Shown in pieces: positions 38,129-48,740 of a stretch of DNA of 64,000 nucleotides. Every line of letters starts with the position of its first letter. Position 1 is the stretch's first letter. The DNA comes from Patescibacteria group bacterium (GTDB lineage Bacteria > Patescibacteriota > Patescibacteriia > UBA10025 > JAHIVO01), in contig JBAZWB010000001.1 in NCBI GenBank assembly GCA_041660605.1, forward strand, positions 462,879 through 526,878, in the 5' to 3' direction. The translations under genes and the position numbers were made by a program. Under the pieces are notes generated by a model. It was not told the DNA's origin, ran no database searches, and saw only the letters and a list, made by a program, of their open reading frames with translations.

Positions 38129-38859
38129 ATATATTTATCGTTGCCAGACGGGTACTGCAGCAGCTCCGGCACGACCGGCGCTTGCTGATTTTTTCCATTA
38201 TTATTCCTCTGGTCATGGTGTATTTCCTCAAGCTTTTTTTTGACACTATGTCGCCGGTTTTGTCGCACGAAACCTATGTGATTCCCTTTACCGCCTATAT
38301 AATTTATTTTTTGGCATTTATCCTAAGCACTTTGCTGCTGGTCCAGGAAAGGATTCAGGGTACGCTTAACAGGATGCTGATTAACGGTCTGCGACGGACG
38401 GACATAATCCTCGGATACGTGCTGGGTTATTTAAGCCTGGCCGTTATCCAGGCGGCGCTGGTTTTAGCGGAAGTGATCTGGCTTTTTGAACTTTCATTTG
38501 ACTGGAAGAAAATCTTAGCCTTAGGCGGCGTCTTATTTGTCCTGTCTATTGTTTCAGTGCTTTTGGGCATTTTTATTTCCACTTTTGCCAAGCGCGAGGC
38601 GCAGGTGATCCCGTTCATCCCGCTGGTCGTGGTGCTGCCGACTTTTTTATCGGGATTAATCGCTGATCCTGTTTTATTGCCGAAGTGGGCGCAAATCGTG
38701 GGGCATTTTTTCCCCATCCGCTACGGCATTTACGCGGCCAAAGCGGTGATATCGCCGGTTTTTGATACAGCCGCATTTTGGCAGAATATGGGATTTTTAG
38801 CCTTATTTATCCTGGGTTTGACGGTGATTGGGTCACTTACTTTCAGAGAGCGTGAGTAA
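38125..38859 (+). CDS. ABC-2 type transporter permease
   Basis: Six TM helices; ATGA overlap with the ATPase gene. Confidence 0.7.
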   Translation: MNIFIVARRVLQQLRHDRRLLIFSIIIPLVMVYFLKLFFDTMSPVLSHETYVIPFTAYIIYFLAFILSTLLLVQERIQGTLNRMLINGLRRTDIILGYVLGYLSLAVIQAALVLAEVIWLFELSFDWKKILALGGVLFVLSIVSVLLGIFISTFAKREAQVIPFIPLVVVLPTFLSGLIADPVLLPKWAQIVGHFFPIRYGIYAAKAVISPVFDTAAFWQNMGFLALFILGLTVIGSLTFRERE

Positions 38860-38948
38860 ATAAATTATTATTTAATGTCCAGCTTGCAATTATTTGGGTT
38901 TTAGACTACACTTTAGTTCTGTATTTTAAACAAATAATTTAAAAAAAT

Positions 38949-39551
38949 ATGAAAAATACACGGCGAAACGACAGATCAGGCGGACAGCATGGCGGTTTTA
39001 GCAAGAGGAGGGACTTCGATCACCGGGGCGGCGGACGGCGGTTTGGCGGACATGATGACGGTGGACCGCAAATGCACCAGGCCACCTGCGCTGACTGCGG
39101 ACAGTCCTGCGAAGTGCCTTTCCGGCCAACCGGAGACCGGCCCGTTTATTGCAGCAATTGCTTCGGTAAACACCGCGACAACGATGGCACACGGCCTGAG
39201 CGCCGGAGAGACGAGCGGCCGCGTTGGGAAGAGAAGCGCATGTTCAGGGCCACCTGCGACAATTGCCACCAATCCTGCGAAGTGCCTTTCCGGCCCAGCG
39301 GCGACAAGCCGGTTTACTGCAGCGACTGTTTCGAGAAAATGGGCAAAGGCGGCACCCAAACGCGTCGGACTGAAAGCGGCGGGCCAGGCGGGCAGAAAGA
39401 TTTAACCGGGCAGTTCAAGCAGCTGAATGCCAAGCTTGATGCCATACTCAGCGCCCTGACAATTAAACCAGCGGCAATTCAGGAGAAAAAGCCGGCCAAA
39501 ACAGCAGCTGTTAAATCGCCCAAAGCATCCAAGAAAAAGCGCGCTAAATAG
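38949..39551 (+). CDS. Gly/Arg-rich protein with two CxxC-x17-CxxC zinc-ribbon modules
   Basis: ATCADCGQSCEVPFRPTGDRPVYCSNCF and ATCDNCHQSCEVPFRPSGDKPVYCSDCF tandem modules; basic Lys-rich tail. Confidence 0.5.
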   Translation: MKNTRRNDRSGGQHGGFSKRRDFDHRGGGRRFGGHDDGGPQMHQATCADCGQSCEVPFRPTGDRPVYCSNCFGKHRDNDGTRPERRRDERPRWEEKRMFRATCDNCHQSCEVPFRPSGDKPVYCSDCFEKMGKGGTQTRRTESGGPGGQKDLTGQFKQLNAKLDAILSALTIKPAAIQEKKPAKTAAVKSPKASKKKRAK

Positions 39552-39663
39552 GCACTGGTAAAATACAAATGACGTGTCTGGCTGTTTTTTGGTATACTGA
39601 ATAGACAGTTAAGCCAGAATTTGAAAAAGCAGGTAAAGGTTAAATATCGTTTTTTTTGCATTT

Positions 39664-42360
39664 ATGACTAGGCTGTTGGACAATCTAATACATTCAATAA
39701 ATTCTTTAATAACGCGTACCAGCGATTGGATTTACGCGTATCGCGCCATTGATCGCGATGACAGCGCTTCTAATTACTTATTAATATTTTTTGCCGCGGT
39801 TATTGCGGCCACGGCTCTAACCGTAAGATGGATCCGCGCCAACCCAAAAATGCGGAACGCTTTTTCGCAGTGGTGGCATCGCTATCCGTGGATGGTCCGT
39901 CTCATGACCGGCAAGCGAAAAAGCTCTGAAGACGTATCCGGCGCCCCTGATGTCCGTCTGCCCGAAATGAGCCGGAAGTTTATTACCGGCACGGAGGGAT
40001 TAACGGATCAGCATGTACAAGAACGATATGAGGCTAAGCAGGTTAATATCACGCATCCACGGACCAGCCGGACCTATCGCCAGATATTTATAGCGAACAC
40101 TTTTACCCGCTTCAACGCGTTGCTGGGCTCATTATATATTATAATTTTATTCGTAGGCAACCTCCAGGACTCCGTGTTTGGCATTATCCTGGTGGCTAAT
40201 ACCTTTATCGGCATTATCCAGGAATTGCGCGCTAAGTGGACCCTGGATAAACTGGCGCTGGTGATGGTTTCCCGGTCAAAAGTCGTTCGCAGCGGGAAAA
40301 TCCAGACTATCCCGACGAATAAAATAGTCATTGATGACGTTATTGAGCTCACTAGCGGCGACCAAGTCGCGGTCGACGGCGTCACGCTGCAATCCGATAA
40401 CCTGGAGGTAAATGAATCCATGATCACCGGAGAATCGGAATCAGTCACGAAAAAACCCGGCGATCCGCTCTATTCCGGAAGTTTTATTGTGGCCGGCCAT
40501 TGCCGTATGCAGGCCGTGCATATCGGTGAAAACGCCTATGCGCGCCGCCTGGCCAACGCGGTCCGCGAGTTTACGCTGGCTAAGTCAGAATTGCGGAACG
40601 GCATTAACAAAATGTTAAGGATAGTGACTTGGGTTTTGCCGCCAGCCGCTGTTTTATTGCTTGTCAGCCAGTTGTTCAATCCGGAAGTTGGTTTAAACGA
40701 GTCACTGGCTTCTTTTGCCGGCGGGGTCGTCAATATGGTGCCGGACGGGCTGGTCCTCCTGACCAGCGTGGTCATGACCATCGCGATTCTCCGACTTTCC
40801 AAGCATGATGTGCTGATACAGGAGCTACCGGCTGTGGAAATGCTGGCCCGGGTGAACGTGCTTTGCCTGGATAAAACCGGCACTCTGACTGAAGGCGTGA
40901 TCACTGCCAAAGAATTGCTGCCTATCAAAAACCCCAATGCTAAAGTATCTCCGCCGCCATCAGCGGATCCGCGGGAGATTGTAAGCGTTTTTGCCCAGGT
41001 TCAAGAGCAGAGCTCAACGCTGGCAGCTATCGCACGGGCCTATCCGGCTCCCCAGCCAGGCAAATTCATTGTTCAGGATAATATTCCTTTTTCTTCCACA
41101 CGCAAATGGAGCGCGCTGACTTTCAATGATTATGGCACCTGGATCCTCGGAGCACCGGAAATGATTTTAACTAAACCACAATTAGCAAATACCGTTATTT
41201 CCGGGACTTTAGATCGCTTAGCTGATAGCGGTCAGCGCGTGTTATTGCTGGCGTATTCGAAGGAGCCGGTATCGCACGCCGGTGAAAATAGCGATTTTAC
41301 CATTATGCAGGCTGAACCCGTCGCGCTCGTAATTCTAGAAGAGCAAATCCGGAAAGGCGTGAAAAAAACCCTGCAGTATTTCAAGGAACAGGGCGTGGCC
41401 GTGAAAATAATTTCCGGTGATAATCCCCGGACGGTCGCTACCATCGCCAAAGCTGCCGGCCTGGAGGTTGATATTCCCCAAAATGGCCGGGAATTACCGC
41501 AAGATATTGATGAGCTGGGCGAGCTGGTTGAACGGAAAAACGTTTTTGGCAGGGTGATGCCTGAACAAAAAAAACTGATGGTGACAGCGCTAAAAAAACG
41601 CGGGTACGTCGTGGCCATGGTGGGAGACGGCGTCAATGACGTCCTGGCGATCAAAGAGGCTGATTTCAGCATTGCCATGGGCTCGGGCACTGACGCCAGC
41701 CGCGGCACCGCCCAGCTCGTCCTGCTGAAAAATAGTTTTTTAGCCTTGCCTGACGTCATTGCCGAAGGCCGCCGCATCATCGGCAATATTGAGAGGAGCG
41801 CGAATTTATTTATTGCCAAAACCGTTTATATTACCATTATCGCCCTGGCTATCGGTCTTTCGGGAAGCCCTTTCCCGTTTTTACCGCGCCATTTTACCCT
41901 GATCAGTTCGCTGACTATCGGCATCCCGGCGATGATTCTTTCATTTACCCGCAATAGCGCCAGGGCAAAACCCGGCTTTGCCTCCCGGGTCGCCAGCTTC
42001 TCATTGCCAGCGGGTATTATTATTTGCATACTGACATTAGTCGGGTACGCGGTTACCCGGCTGCTAGAGCCGGCAAATTTCGCTTTAGCACGCACCGCAG
42101 CCACGATTATTTTACTCGGGTGCGGTTTTGCCCTGCTGGTATTGCTGGCTATACAGGCCAGGTGGTGGCAAAAGTTCCTTTTGGCCGGGCTGGTGGCATT
42201 AATGTTTGTGGTTTTTGCTGTTCCCTGGCTTCGTAACTTTTTTGCGTTGACACTGCCGACATTGCGCATTTGGGCAATACTCGTACTTATTGTCGGTATT
42301 GGAATAATCGCGTTATGGCAGGTAAAAAAGAGTTCTCTGGCTAAGATGACAGAGAGTTAA
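39664..42360 (+). CDS. P-type cation-transporting ATPase (type II-like)
   Basis: TGES, DKTGTLT, GDGVNDVLAIKEADFSIAMG motifs; about 10 TM helices. Confidence 0.85.
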   Translation: MTRLLDNLIHSINSLITRTSDWIYAYRAIDRDDSASNYLLIFFAAVIAATALTVRWIRANPKMRNAFSQWWHRYPWMVRLMTGKRKSSEDVSGAPDVRLPEMSRKFITGTEGLTDQHVQERYEAKQVNITHPRTSRTYRQIFIANTFTRFNALLGSLYIIILFVGNLQDSVFGIILVANTFIGIIQELRAKWTLDKLALVMVSRSKVVRSGKIQTIPTNKIVIDDVIELTSGDQVAVDGVTLQSDNLEVNESMITGESESVTKKPGDPLYSGSFIVAGHCRMQAVHIGENAYARRLANAVREFTLAKSELRNGINKMLRIVTWVLPPAAVLLLVSQLFNPEVGLNESLASFAGGVVNMVPDGLVLLTSVVMTIAILRLSKHDVLIQELPAVEMLARVNVLCLDKTGTLTEGVITAKELLPIKNPNAKVSPPPSADPREIVSVFAQVQEQSSTLAAIARAYPAPQPGKFIVQDNIPFSSTRKWSALTFNDYGTWILGAPEMILTKPQLANTVISGTLDRLADSGQRVLLLAYSKEPVSHAGENSDFTIMQAEPVALVILEEQIRKGVKKTLQYFKEQGVAVKIISGDNPRTVATIAKAAGLEVDIPQNGRELPQDIDELGELVERKNVFGRVMPEQKKLMVTALKKRGYVVAMVGDGVNDVLAIKEADFSIAMGSGTDASRGTAQLVLLKNSFLALPDVIAEGRRIIGNIERSANLFIAKTVYITIIALAIGLSGSPFPFLPRHFTLISSLTIGIPAMILSFTRNSARAKPGFASRVASFSLPAGIIICILTLVGYAVTRLLEPANFALARTAATIILLGCGFALLVLLAIQARWWQKFLLAGLVALMFVVFAVPWLRNFFALTLPTLRIWAILVLIVGIGIIALWQVKKSSLAKMTES

Positions 42361-42512
42361 AATAATAGTAAAGTTAATTAGAGCAGCTTAGGGAATTAAT
42401 GGTAAAAATAAAATTATACCGCAGGCGACGATAATTTATTAAAATAAAAACCCGACGTACACGCATGCAAATGCATATACGCCGGTTTATACTTAAACGT
42501 GCGTAATCGCTC

Positions 42513-43964
42513 TCACGACAGCAGATACAGAATTACATCTTCAATGGAATAGTCGTCGTTTTCGTCCGACATAAGGTGTCGGAGAAATGTAAGATCCTGC
42601 CCAAGCGTCACCACTGGCGGCTCGATAGTCCCGTCATACCGGCGCTGACCCAGGCCAACAGTCGCAAACAGGCCATTACAGAGACACATTCTATTTAATG
42701 CGTCCTCTTTTTTTCCTCCTTTATTGCAGTAGCCGTACATTGGTTCAGCTGGACATCGGTATCCTATTGAACTATTTTGCCGAAAGTAAGGCTGAAGCAG
42801 TCCTCCGAGGTCGCAGATTCGCTGGCGTGCCTGGTAGATCGCTGGATCACCAAGTGTACCAGGCATACGCACAACCTTGAAGGGAAAACCGGTTGGCGAC
42901 GCCTGCGGGTCGTTGAAGACAATAAGTCGGTTGTTATAACCTTCTTTCCGCATGTAGTCGCGAAGGCTAGGGTTGATGCCAGATTCATTGCTAAGTGTAA
43001 AAATGGAGCCCGACTGGATTCCGATTGCACCGAGAGATTTGGCTATAGCCAACATTTCAGGACTGGCGTACGCGCCAGCTAGATAGTAGGGAAGCCCAAT
43101 AAGGCTGAGCTGATCGAAATCAATCTCATCTCGTACACCGTACAATGGCTCGCCGGACTCGGTCAATACTACCCTTCCTCTGGGACTAGCGCTATGTCCA
43201 CCAGCCACATTCGTTTCTACAATCCAGCCATCAATTTTATGGTGTCCCGATTTAATCATCATTTGTGCGATAGTGGAAGACGAAATAATCGGAAAGAAAA
43301 GCGGTCTTTTCAGCTCTGGAAGCGTGTGATGAATGAATTGACGAGGATCAAAGTAAGTCTGACACTCCACTGTTCTATCAGCACCAATAACATTTATTGT
43401 GTATGATGCTGGTTCATGCCGGACAAGTTTGTCCAGGACGGCTGATATTTGTATTGGAATGCCTGCGCCAATGAATAAGTAGTCCACCTGTGCCAGGAGC
43501 ACACCATACAGAGCGTACAAATGAGGCATCTGGATTTTTTCAAGAAAATTGACACCTATGAGGCCGTCATGGTTTTCTTTAGCCAGCCAAACCTGACAAA
43601 AATTAGCGCAAATAGTCAGCTCAATCAGTTCTCGTGACGGAGTGACGGAAAACTGTTCAATGTTTTGAAAAGGCGTGGCGGGAGATATTCCTTCCGGCAC
43701 ATAGTATCGGCTGAGTATCCGTTCTGCCATCTCCTGATCGGGGAAGGCTGAAAGCGCTCTTCTGAAATGACCGCCCTGATCGCCTAATTGAAGCAGGCGT
43801 GGGAATATAAGGTGTATGCCTGTACCTGAGACAACTCCAAGTTGTCCTTGCAGCGCCACCAGGCGTGCTGATGACGAGGGAAATGCGTAGATACCCATAG
43901 CTCCTTGAATGACAGGAGGCATGGAAATTTTATCTAGACCAGTTCGAAGTGATCTAGCACTCAT
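42513..43964 (-). CDS. nitronate monooxygenase (NMO/FabK-like) family oxidoreductase
   Basis: PVIQGAMGIYAF and GWIVETNVAGGHSA motifs; GC-richer gene. Confidence 0.7.
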   Translation of the reverse strand: MSARSLRTGLDKISMPPVIQGAMGIYAFPSSSARLVALQGQLGVVSGTGIHLIFPRLLQLGDQGGHFRRALSAFPDQEMAERILSRYYVPEGISPATPFQNIEQFSVTPSRELIELTICANFCQVWLAKENHDGLIGVNFLEKIQMPHLYALYGVLLAQVDYLFIGAGIPIQISAVLDKLVRHEPASYTINVIGADRTVECQTYFDPRQFIHHTLPELKRPLFFPIISSSTIAQMMIKSGHHKIDGWIVETNVAGGHSASPRGRVVLTESGEPLYGVRDEIDFDQLSLIGLPYYLAGAYASPEMLAIAKSLGAIGIQSGSIFTLSNESGINPSLRDYMRKEGYNNRLIVFNDPQASPTGFPFKVVRMPGTLGDPAIYQARQRICDLGGLLQPYFRQNSSIGYRCPAEPMYGYCNKGGKKEDALNRMCLCNGLFATVGLGQRRYDGTIEPPVVTLGQDLTFLRHLMSDENDDYSIEDVILYLLS

Positions 43965-44173
43965 ATTTACCTCCTGTTCTTTTGGTGAGTTATTTTGTTA
44001 ATGAGCGAGACAAAAGTCTCGTTTTGTTTTGTGTTGTTTGTTTATATATATTGGAGGTTTTGCTAAGAAATGTCAAGATTTTTAGCGCACAAATATTATT
44101 TAATTTTTATTAAAAAAAATCGGCTCCATCCAAGTATCTCGTATGAGATATCGGATGGAGCCAATATATTGTC

Positions 44174-44380
44174 TTACTTCTGACCGCGCATAATGGGGAA
44201 GCAGGTAACTCCCGTAATTATGATAAGTACGGCCGGGATGAAGAAGGGGATATATCCTTCTTGTTTATTTGTCCCCAGCATTATGAAGTAACAGTCAAAC
44301 AAGGTGACTATCGCGATCATGCAGGTTAAAAGTGCAAGCAAGGGTTTTTGTTTTACCTGAGCAGCTAGATGATTTAACAT
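44174..44380 (-). CDS. small membrane protein
   Basis: Two TM helices. Confidence 0.3.
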   Translation of the reverse strand: MLNHLAAQVKQKPLLALLTCMIAIVTLFDCYFIMLGTNKQEGYIPFFIPAVLIIITGVTCFPIMRGQK

Positions 44381-44507
44381 TGTTGAGGTTCCTCTCTGCG
44401 ATGTTTTTTATTTTATTCTAGATAGTATAGGGGTATTTTACGAAAAAGTCAAGCCTTCGGCAGATTTTGTAAATGCGATTTTTATATTTTTATGCTAAAA
44501 TAGCAGT

Positions 44508-44933
44508 ATGAAAAAGAACAAGGAAAAAGCAGTGATTGCGTTATATGACCAACAGGGCCGGGTGCTTCTGCAGGACAGGCATGGCATATCCGGTGCCGGG
44601 GAGCAGTGGGGTTTTTTTGGCGGAAGCGTTGAAGCAGGAGAAACACCAGAGCAGGCCCTGGCTAGGGAAATCAGGGAAGAGTTGGGCATAGAGTTAGAGT
44701 CGCATGATTTTTTGGTTAATTATAAGGTTTTTTTATTAGATAATCAGTCATATAATTATATTCATCTGTTTATCGGTTTTTTGGGAAATATTTTAGAACA
44801 CGCCAAGCAACAGGAGGGTCGGGCGATGAAATTATTTACTACGAGTGAAGCAAAAAATCTTATTATGAATAAAACGGATATTAATAAATGGGAATATATT
44901 GAGGAATATTTTAAAAAGCGCAATATAATATGA
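44508..44933 (+). CDS. NUDIX hydrolase
   Basis: Nudix box GGSVEAGETPEQALAREIREELGI. Confidence 0.8.
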   Translation: MKKNKEKAVIALYDQQGRVLLQDRHGISGAGEQWGFFGGSVEAGETPEQALAREIREELGIELESHDFLVNYKVFLLDNQSYNYIHLFIGFLGNILEHAKQQEGRAMKLFTTSEAKNLIMNKTDINKWEYIEEYFKKRNII

Positions 44934-45574
44934 AAAAGCTACTTTTAGCTTCTCGGGGCACTTATGTGACAGACGGCAAGTACGAGATATTTGGTAAACC
45001 GCGTAACCGGGTGAAATGGGCGTATATCACCACCGCCGGTAAAAGCGTTCCCACCAGAAATTATATAATAAAACATGAACAGCGCATGCGTGAGTTAGGC
45101 TGGGATTTCGAGGAAATCGACATTGAGGGGAAAACACCGGATGAATTGCGGAATCTATTAAAAAACAAGGACGCTATAAATATGGTTGGCGGTAATTCAT
45201 TTTTCCTTATCAAGTGCATTTGGGAGAGCGGTTTTGACATTGTCTTAAAAGAATTTCTGGACCAAGGCGGAGTGTACTGCGGCTCCAGCGCCGGTTCTTA
45301 TGTCTGCTGTCCGACCATTGAAACGGCCGGCTGGAAAGAAAGCTCAAAGCGATTTGACCGGCACGGCGTGACGGATTTTAGCGGTATGAATCTGGTGCCT
45401 TTTATTATTATGGCGCATTGCACTCCGGAAATTATTTCCATTATCAAGCCAAAAATAGATGCTGCCAAATATCCGATAAAATTATTAAACGATCAACAGG
45501 CGATATTGGTAATTGATGACAAGATAGAATTATTGGAAGATCCAAATATTAAACCAAAGGATTTCGGAGGATAG
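44930..45574 (+). CDS. peptidase S51 (dipeptidase E-like)
   Basis: GGNSFFL and GSSAGSYVCCPT motifs; ATGA overlap with the NUDIX gene. Confidence 0.7.
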   Translation: MKKLLLASRGTYVTDGKYEIFGKPRNRVKWAYITTAGKSVPTRNYIIKHEQRMRELGWDFEEIDIEGKTPDELRNLLKNKDAINMVGGNSFFLIKCIWESGFDIVLKEFLDQGGVYCGSSAGSYVCCPTIETAGWKESSKRFDRHGVTDFSGMNLVPFIIMAHCTPEIISIIKPKIDAAKYPIKLLNDQQAILVIDDKIELLEDPNIKPKDFGG

Positions 45575-45667
45575 AATTAGTGTTTTGCGTAACACTTTTT
45601 AATATTTTAGACGTGGTACTGAAGTAGGGTGAAGCGATCTTTTATGCTATAATTACAGCATTAAATA

Positions 45668-46738
45668 TTGACTGAGTCTGCCAGTATGCCACACAAAATA
45701 AGCGAAAATCGGGTTTTTTTCTACATTGTCGCGGCGATCATTATTTGCCTGTCATTTTTAGTGATACGGCCGTATTTTTCCGCTATTGTGCTGGCTTTTC
45801 TGGCGGCGGTGCTTTTTAAGCCGATTTACAATTTTTTCCTCCGGATTTTCCGTCAGAAAGAGAAGGTCGCCGCTTTACTGTCGGTAATTTTTGTTTTCCT
45901 GGTGGTTTTTATCCCGGTCGTTTTCATCGGCGGGCTGACCGTCAACCAGATTATTTCATTCAGGGATGATTTTGCCGGCAGCGGCCTAAATTTTGAGCGT
46001 GTCGTTGAGCGGGTCAATAATATTTATTCTTTTCTCCCGGGCAACCAAACGCCGATTACCGTTTTAAGCGCGCAAGAGAAAATGGGCCAGTGGGCCGAGA
46101 CAGTAGGAAATTTTTTTCTGGAACGGCTGCCTAACATCGGCTCCGGCGCATTCTACACGGTTACCTGGATAATCCTTTTTCTGATTCTGCTTTACTCGAT
46201 TTTTCCCATCCATCGCAAGCTCATAAGATTTTTTGAAAACGTCAGTCCGCTTAACGACCGTATAGACATGGTTTACGCTTCCCGCGTGGTGGAAATGTCC
46301 AAATCCATGATCAAAGGCACTTTATTAGTGGCGCTGGTCCAGGGTACGGTGGCGGGGATTTTTCTGGCCATCGCCGGCGTGCCGTATGTGCTGTTCTGGA
46401 CGCTGCTGATGATTTTTCTCGGGGTCATTCCCATGGTCGGATATGGATTCGTAATGCTGCCGATTGTGGTGATTTTGTTTTTAACCGGCAATATCTGGCA
46501 GGCAATAATGCTTGCTTTAGTCAGCGTGCTGTTTATCGGCAACATCGATAATTTTCTCCGGCCCAAACTGGTATCCAAGAAAGCGGAACTCCACCCGGCG
46601 CTGGTTATCTTGAGCGTCATCGGCGGTTTGCAGGTGTTCGGCGTGCTGGGTTTCATCTACGGTCCGGTAATCATGATCCTCCTGGTTACGACTTTTGAAA
46701 TGTACCAGAAATATTTCCGTGCGCCGGCAGGGGAATAA
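45668..46738 (+). CDS. AI-2E family transporter
   Basis: Eight TM helices and the conserved C-terminal NIDNFLRPKLVSKKAELHPALVILSVIGGLQVFGVLGFIYGP block. Confidence 0.75.
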   Translation: MTESASMPHKISENRVFFYIVAAIIICLSFLVIRPYFSAIVLAFLAAVLFKPIYNFFLRIFRQKEKVAALLSVIFVFLVVFIPVVFIGGLTVNQIISFRDDFAGSGLNFERVVERVNNIYSFLPGNQTPITVLSAQEKMGQWAETVGNFFLERLPNIGSGAFYTVTWIILFLILLYSIFPIHRKLIRFFENVSPLNDRIDMVYASRVVEMSKSMIKGTLLVALVQGTVAGIFLAIAGVPYVLFWTLLMIFLGVIPMVGYGFVMLPIVVILFLTGNIWQAIMLALVSVLFIGNIDNFLRPKLVSKKAELHPALVILSVIGGLQVFGVLGFIYGPVIMILLVTTFEMYQKYFRAPAGE

Positions 46739-46751
46739 AAGGTGGATTATT

Positions 46752-47201
46752 ATGGAAAAAATAGTTTACAATAATCGATACAAAACAATCTTTAAGCGTT
46801 TTTGGTGGGTGATTCTTTTCGTTATTTTTGCTTTAGCAGCTGCCTGCTTGTTTATTTTTTCCATTTACCGGTCGGGCCGGCTCTCGAATTCGAACAATTC
46901 AAACTCCGCTCAAACCGTTGCCGCGTCCCAGCGCGATCAAATTGAAAATGAGTATCCTGAATTCAGGAATTTTGAGAATCAGGTAAGCTTCGCCGGAAAT
47001 AAAGTAAAAGAGATTCAGGATGGCGACGATTTATATATTGCCTATCTGGTATTAGGCAGCGGCTTGCCAATCGCGCAGGCCACTTGTTTTCATGTTGACA
47101 GCCAGCTCCAGGTTTATAAAATCGGGATATTCCCTGACCCGCTGGACTCGTATTTAGGTTATGCGGATGTTGATCCCAAAACCTGCAAAGGTATTAAGTA
47201 A
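46752..47201 (+). CDS. membrane-anchored hypothetical protein
   Basis: Start moved to ATG 46752, preceded by the AAAGGTGG RBS; N-terminal TM helix. Confidence 0.4.
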   Translation: MEKIVYNNRYKTIFKRFWWVILFVIFALAAACLFIFSIYRSGRLSNSNNSNSAQTVAASQRDQIENEYPEFRNFENQVSFAGNKVKEIQDGDDLYIAYLVLGSGLPIAQATCFHVDSQLQVYKIGIFPDPLDSYLGYADVDPKTCKGIK

Positions 47202-47465
47202 TAATTAATATTAAAAATATGAGCGACATTTATTCCGTGCTCGGCTGGGGATCTCCCGTTGGGATTGGCTTGTTTTTGCTGATGCTCGGCGGCTTTATTT
47301 TCCTCCTGTCCAAAGCCAGCCAAAAGAAAAAAGAATAAGTACGTATTGGTAAATAATAAACTGTTTATTTATTTAACACCTTGACCGTAGCATCAGAGTT
47401 TGTTATTATTTTTTAATCTAAAGGTAAACCAATCCACCAAAACATTCAAAGAAGAGAGGTAGAAA

Positions 47466-47774
47466 GTGGAACAAAGGGAAATTTCGATTCAGGTGTCAAT
47501 CAGTCCCTCGGGGGATTATCAGGTTGCGATCTGTGGCGGCGACCAGAGCCAATCAGAGATTGGCAGTTCAGTCGAGGAGGCGGTAATTAACTTCATTAAT
47601 GCTCATCGTGATGCATTTGATTTGAAGGAAGGGGAGCTAATTGAACCAACGGCTGTCGTTGAAGGACATCGCCTTGGATCACGCGAGGCGCTGAATAGGA
47701 CTATTTCGGTACTGGCGCATCGCGCGATTGTGGTAAAGACTCATTTTTCTTCCATCCAGCCAATACGACCATAA
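47466..47774 (+). CDS. small hypothetical protein (possible HicB-like fold)
   Basis: GTG start with AGAGGT RBS; weak resemblance only. Confidence 0.3.
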   Translation: MEQREISIQVSISPSGDYQVAICGGDQSQSEIGSSVEEAVINFINAHRDAFDLKEGELIEPTAVVEGHRLGSREALNRTISVLAHRAIVVKTHFSSIQPIRP

Positions 47775-47892
47775 GTTCATTTGAACAATTGAGGGACTCG
47801 CCACCCCTCTTTTTTATGTCTATCAATTATTTACCTTTATAAATTATTTAGCTATAATAAAATTAGAGTTAATTATTAAATAAGAAAAGCTT

Positions 47893-48567
47893 ATGAAAAA
47901 ATTTTTGGCGATTGCCGGGCTCTTGGCTGTTTTAGCCGTAGTCCCAAATTTGGCTTCGGCGCAGACGAATACCGCGGAAGTCATGGTTTTTGATTCCACG
48001 GACAATTATATCGGCGCCTGCAGCCTGACTGACACTTCCACCTGGTCGCTGACCGAGGAATTGCAGGTAAGTAAGATTCAGCTCTGGTACAAATGGCAGA
48101 CCGGGGAAACCGAACTGCCGGTAACCGTCACTAAAGATGGTGCGGCTTTTGCAACATTTACGGCCACCCGCAGCTCCTGCGATCCGTATCAGACCAGCTG
48201 GTGCAACGCTGATTACACAATTAATGAAGCGTTTCCAGCCGGTACTTACACCACCAAGATCGCTACCGCTTACCAATGCCTGAAACCGGGTGGTACTGGC
48301 GCGGTCAGGCTCTACAGCACAACCGCGGCTACTAACACCAATGTAACACCGAACCTCATTGCAACCAATAATACTAATGCCAATCAGAATTTGAATAGAA
48401 ATACCAACACCGCTGCGGCAACAAACACTAATTCAACTGCTGAAACAGAAGATACTGAAGAGAGCAATACCTTGGCCTACGTATTGATTGGCATAATCGT
48501 CGTTTTGCTCGCGGTGATTGCAGGCATGGCCATGAAGTGCTGCAAAAAATCGTCAATGCCAAAATAA
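47893..48567 (+). CDS. secreted N/T-rich protein with C-terminal TM anchor
   Basis: Signal peptide, low-complexity NTN region, C-terminal TM + CCKK. Confidence 0.45.
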   Translation: MKKFLAIAGLLAVLAVVPNLASAQTNTAEVMVFDSTDNYIGACSLTDTSTWSLTEELQVSKIQLWYKWQTGETELPVTVTKDGAAFATFTATRSSCDPYQTSWCNADYTINEAFPAGTYTTKIATAYQCLKPGGTGAVRLYSTTAATNTNVTPNLIATNNTNANQNLNRNTNTAAATNTNSTAETEDTEESNTLAYVLIGIIVVLLAVIAGMAMKCCKKSSMPK

Positions 48568-48570
48568 ATT

Positions 48571-48620
48571 TGCAAAACATTATAAAAGCACACTTGGTAA
48601 GTCGAGTGTGCTTTTGGTTT
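48571..48620 (+). terminator. rho-independent terminator
   Basis: AGCACACTTGgtaaGTCGAGTGTGCT + TTTTGGTTTTT. Confidence 0.6.
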
Positions 48621-48740
48621 TTAAAAAGGTGATGGATAGGCCGTAAAGTTTTATTTGACAATATGGGTCGCTATGCTAAAATATTATAAATTCCGTAAAC
48701 CATAATAAACTTAAAACCTGTAGATTTCAGGAGGAAATTC

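Noticed and set aside
38989-39405. Alternative-frame ORFs overlapping the zinc-ribbon gene (38989..39405 +, 38976..39359 -)
   Set aside because: Low-complexity GC-rich sequence gives open frames on several strands; only the 38949 frame encodes the repeated CxxC modules.
47466-47774. Toxin-antitoxin pair (HicAB) at this locus
   Set aside because: Only a weak HicB-like resemblance for one small ORF and no adjacent HicA-like partner; kept as hypothetical.
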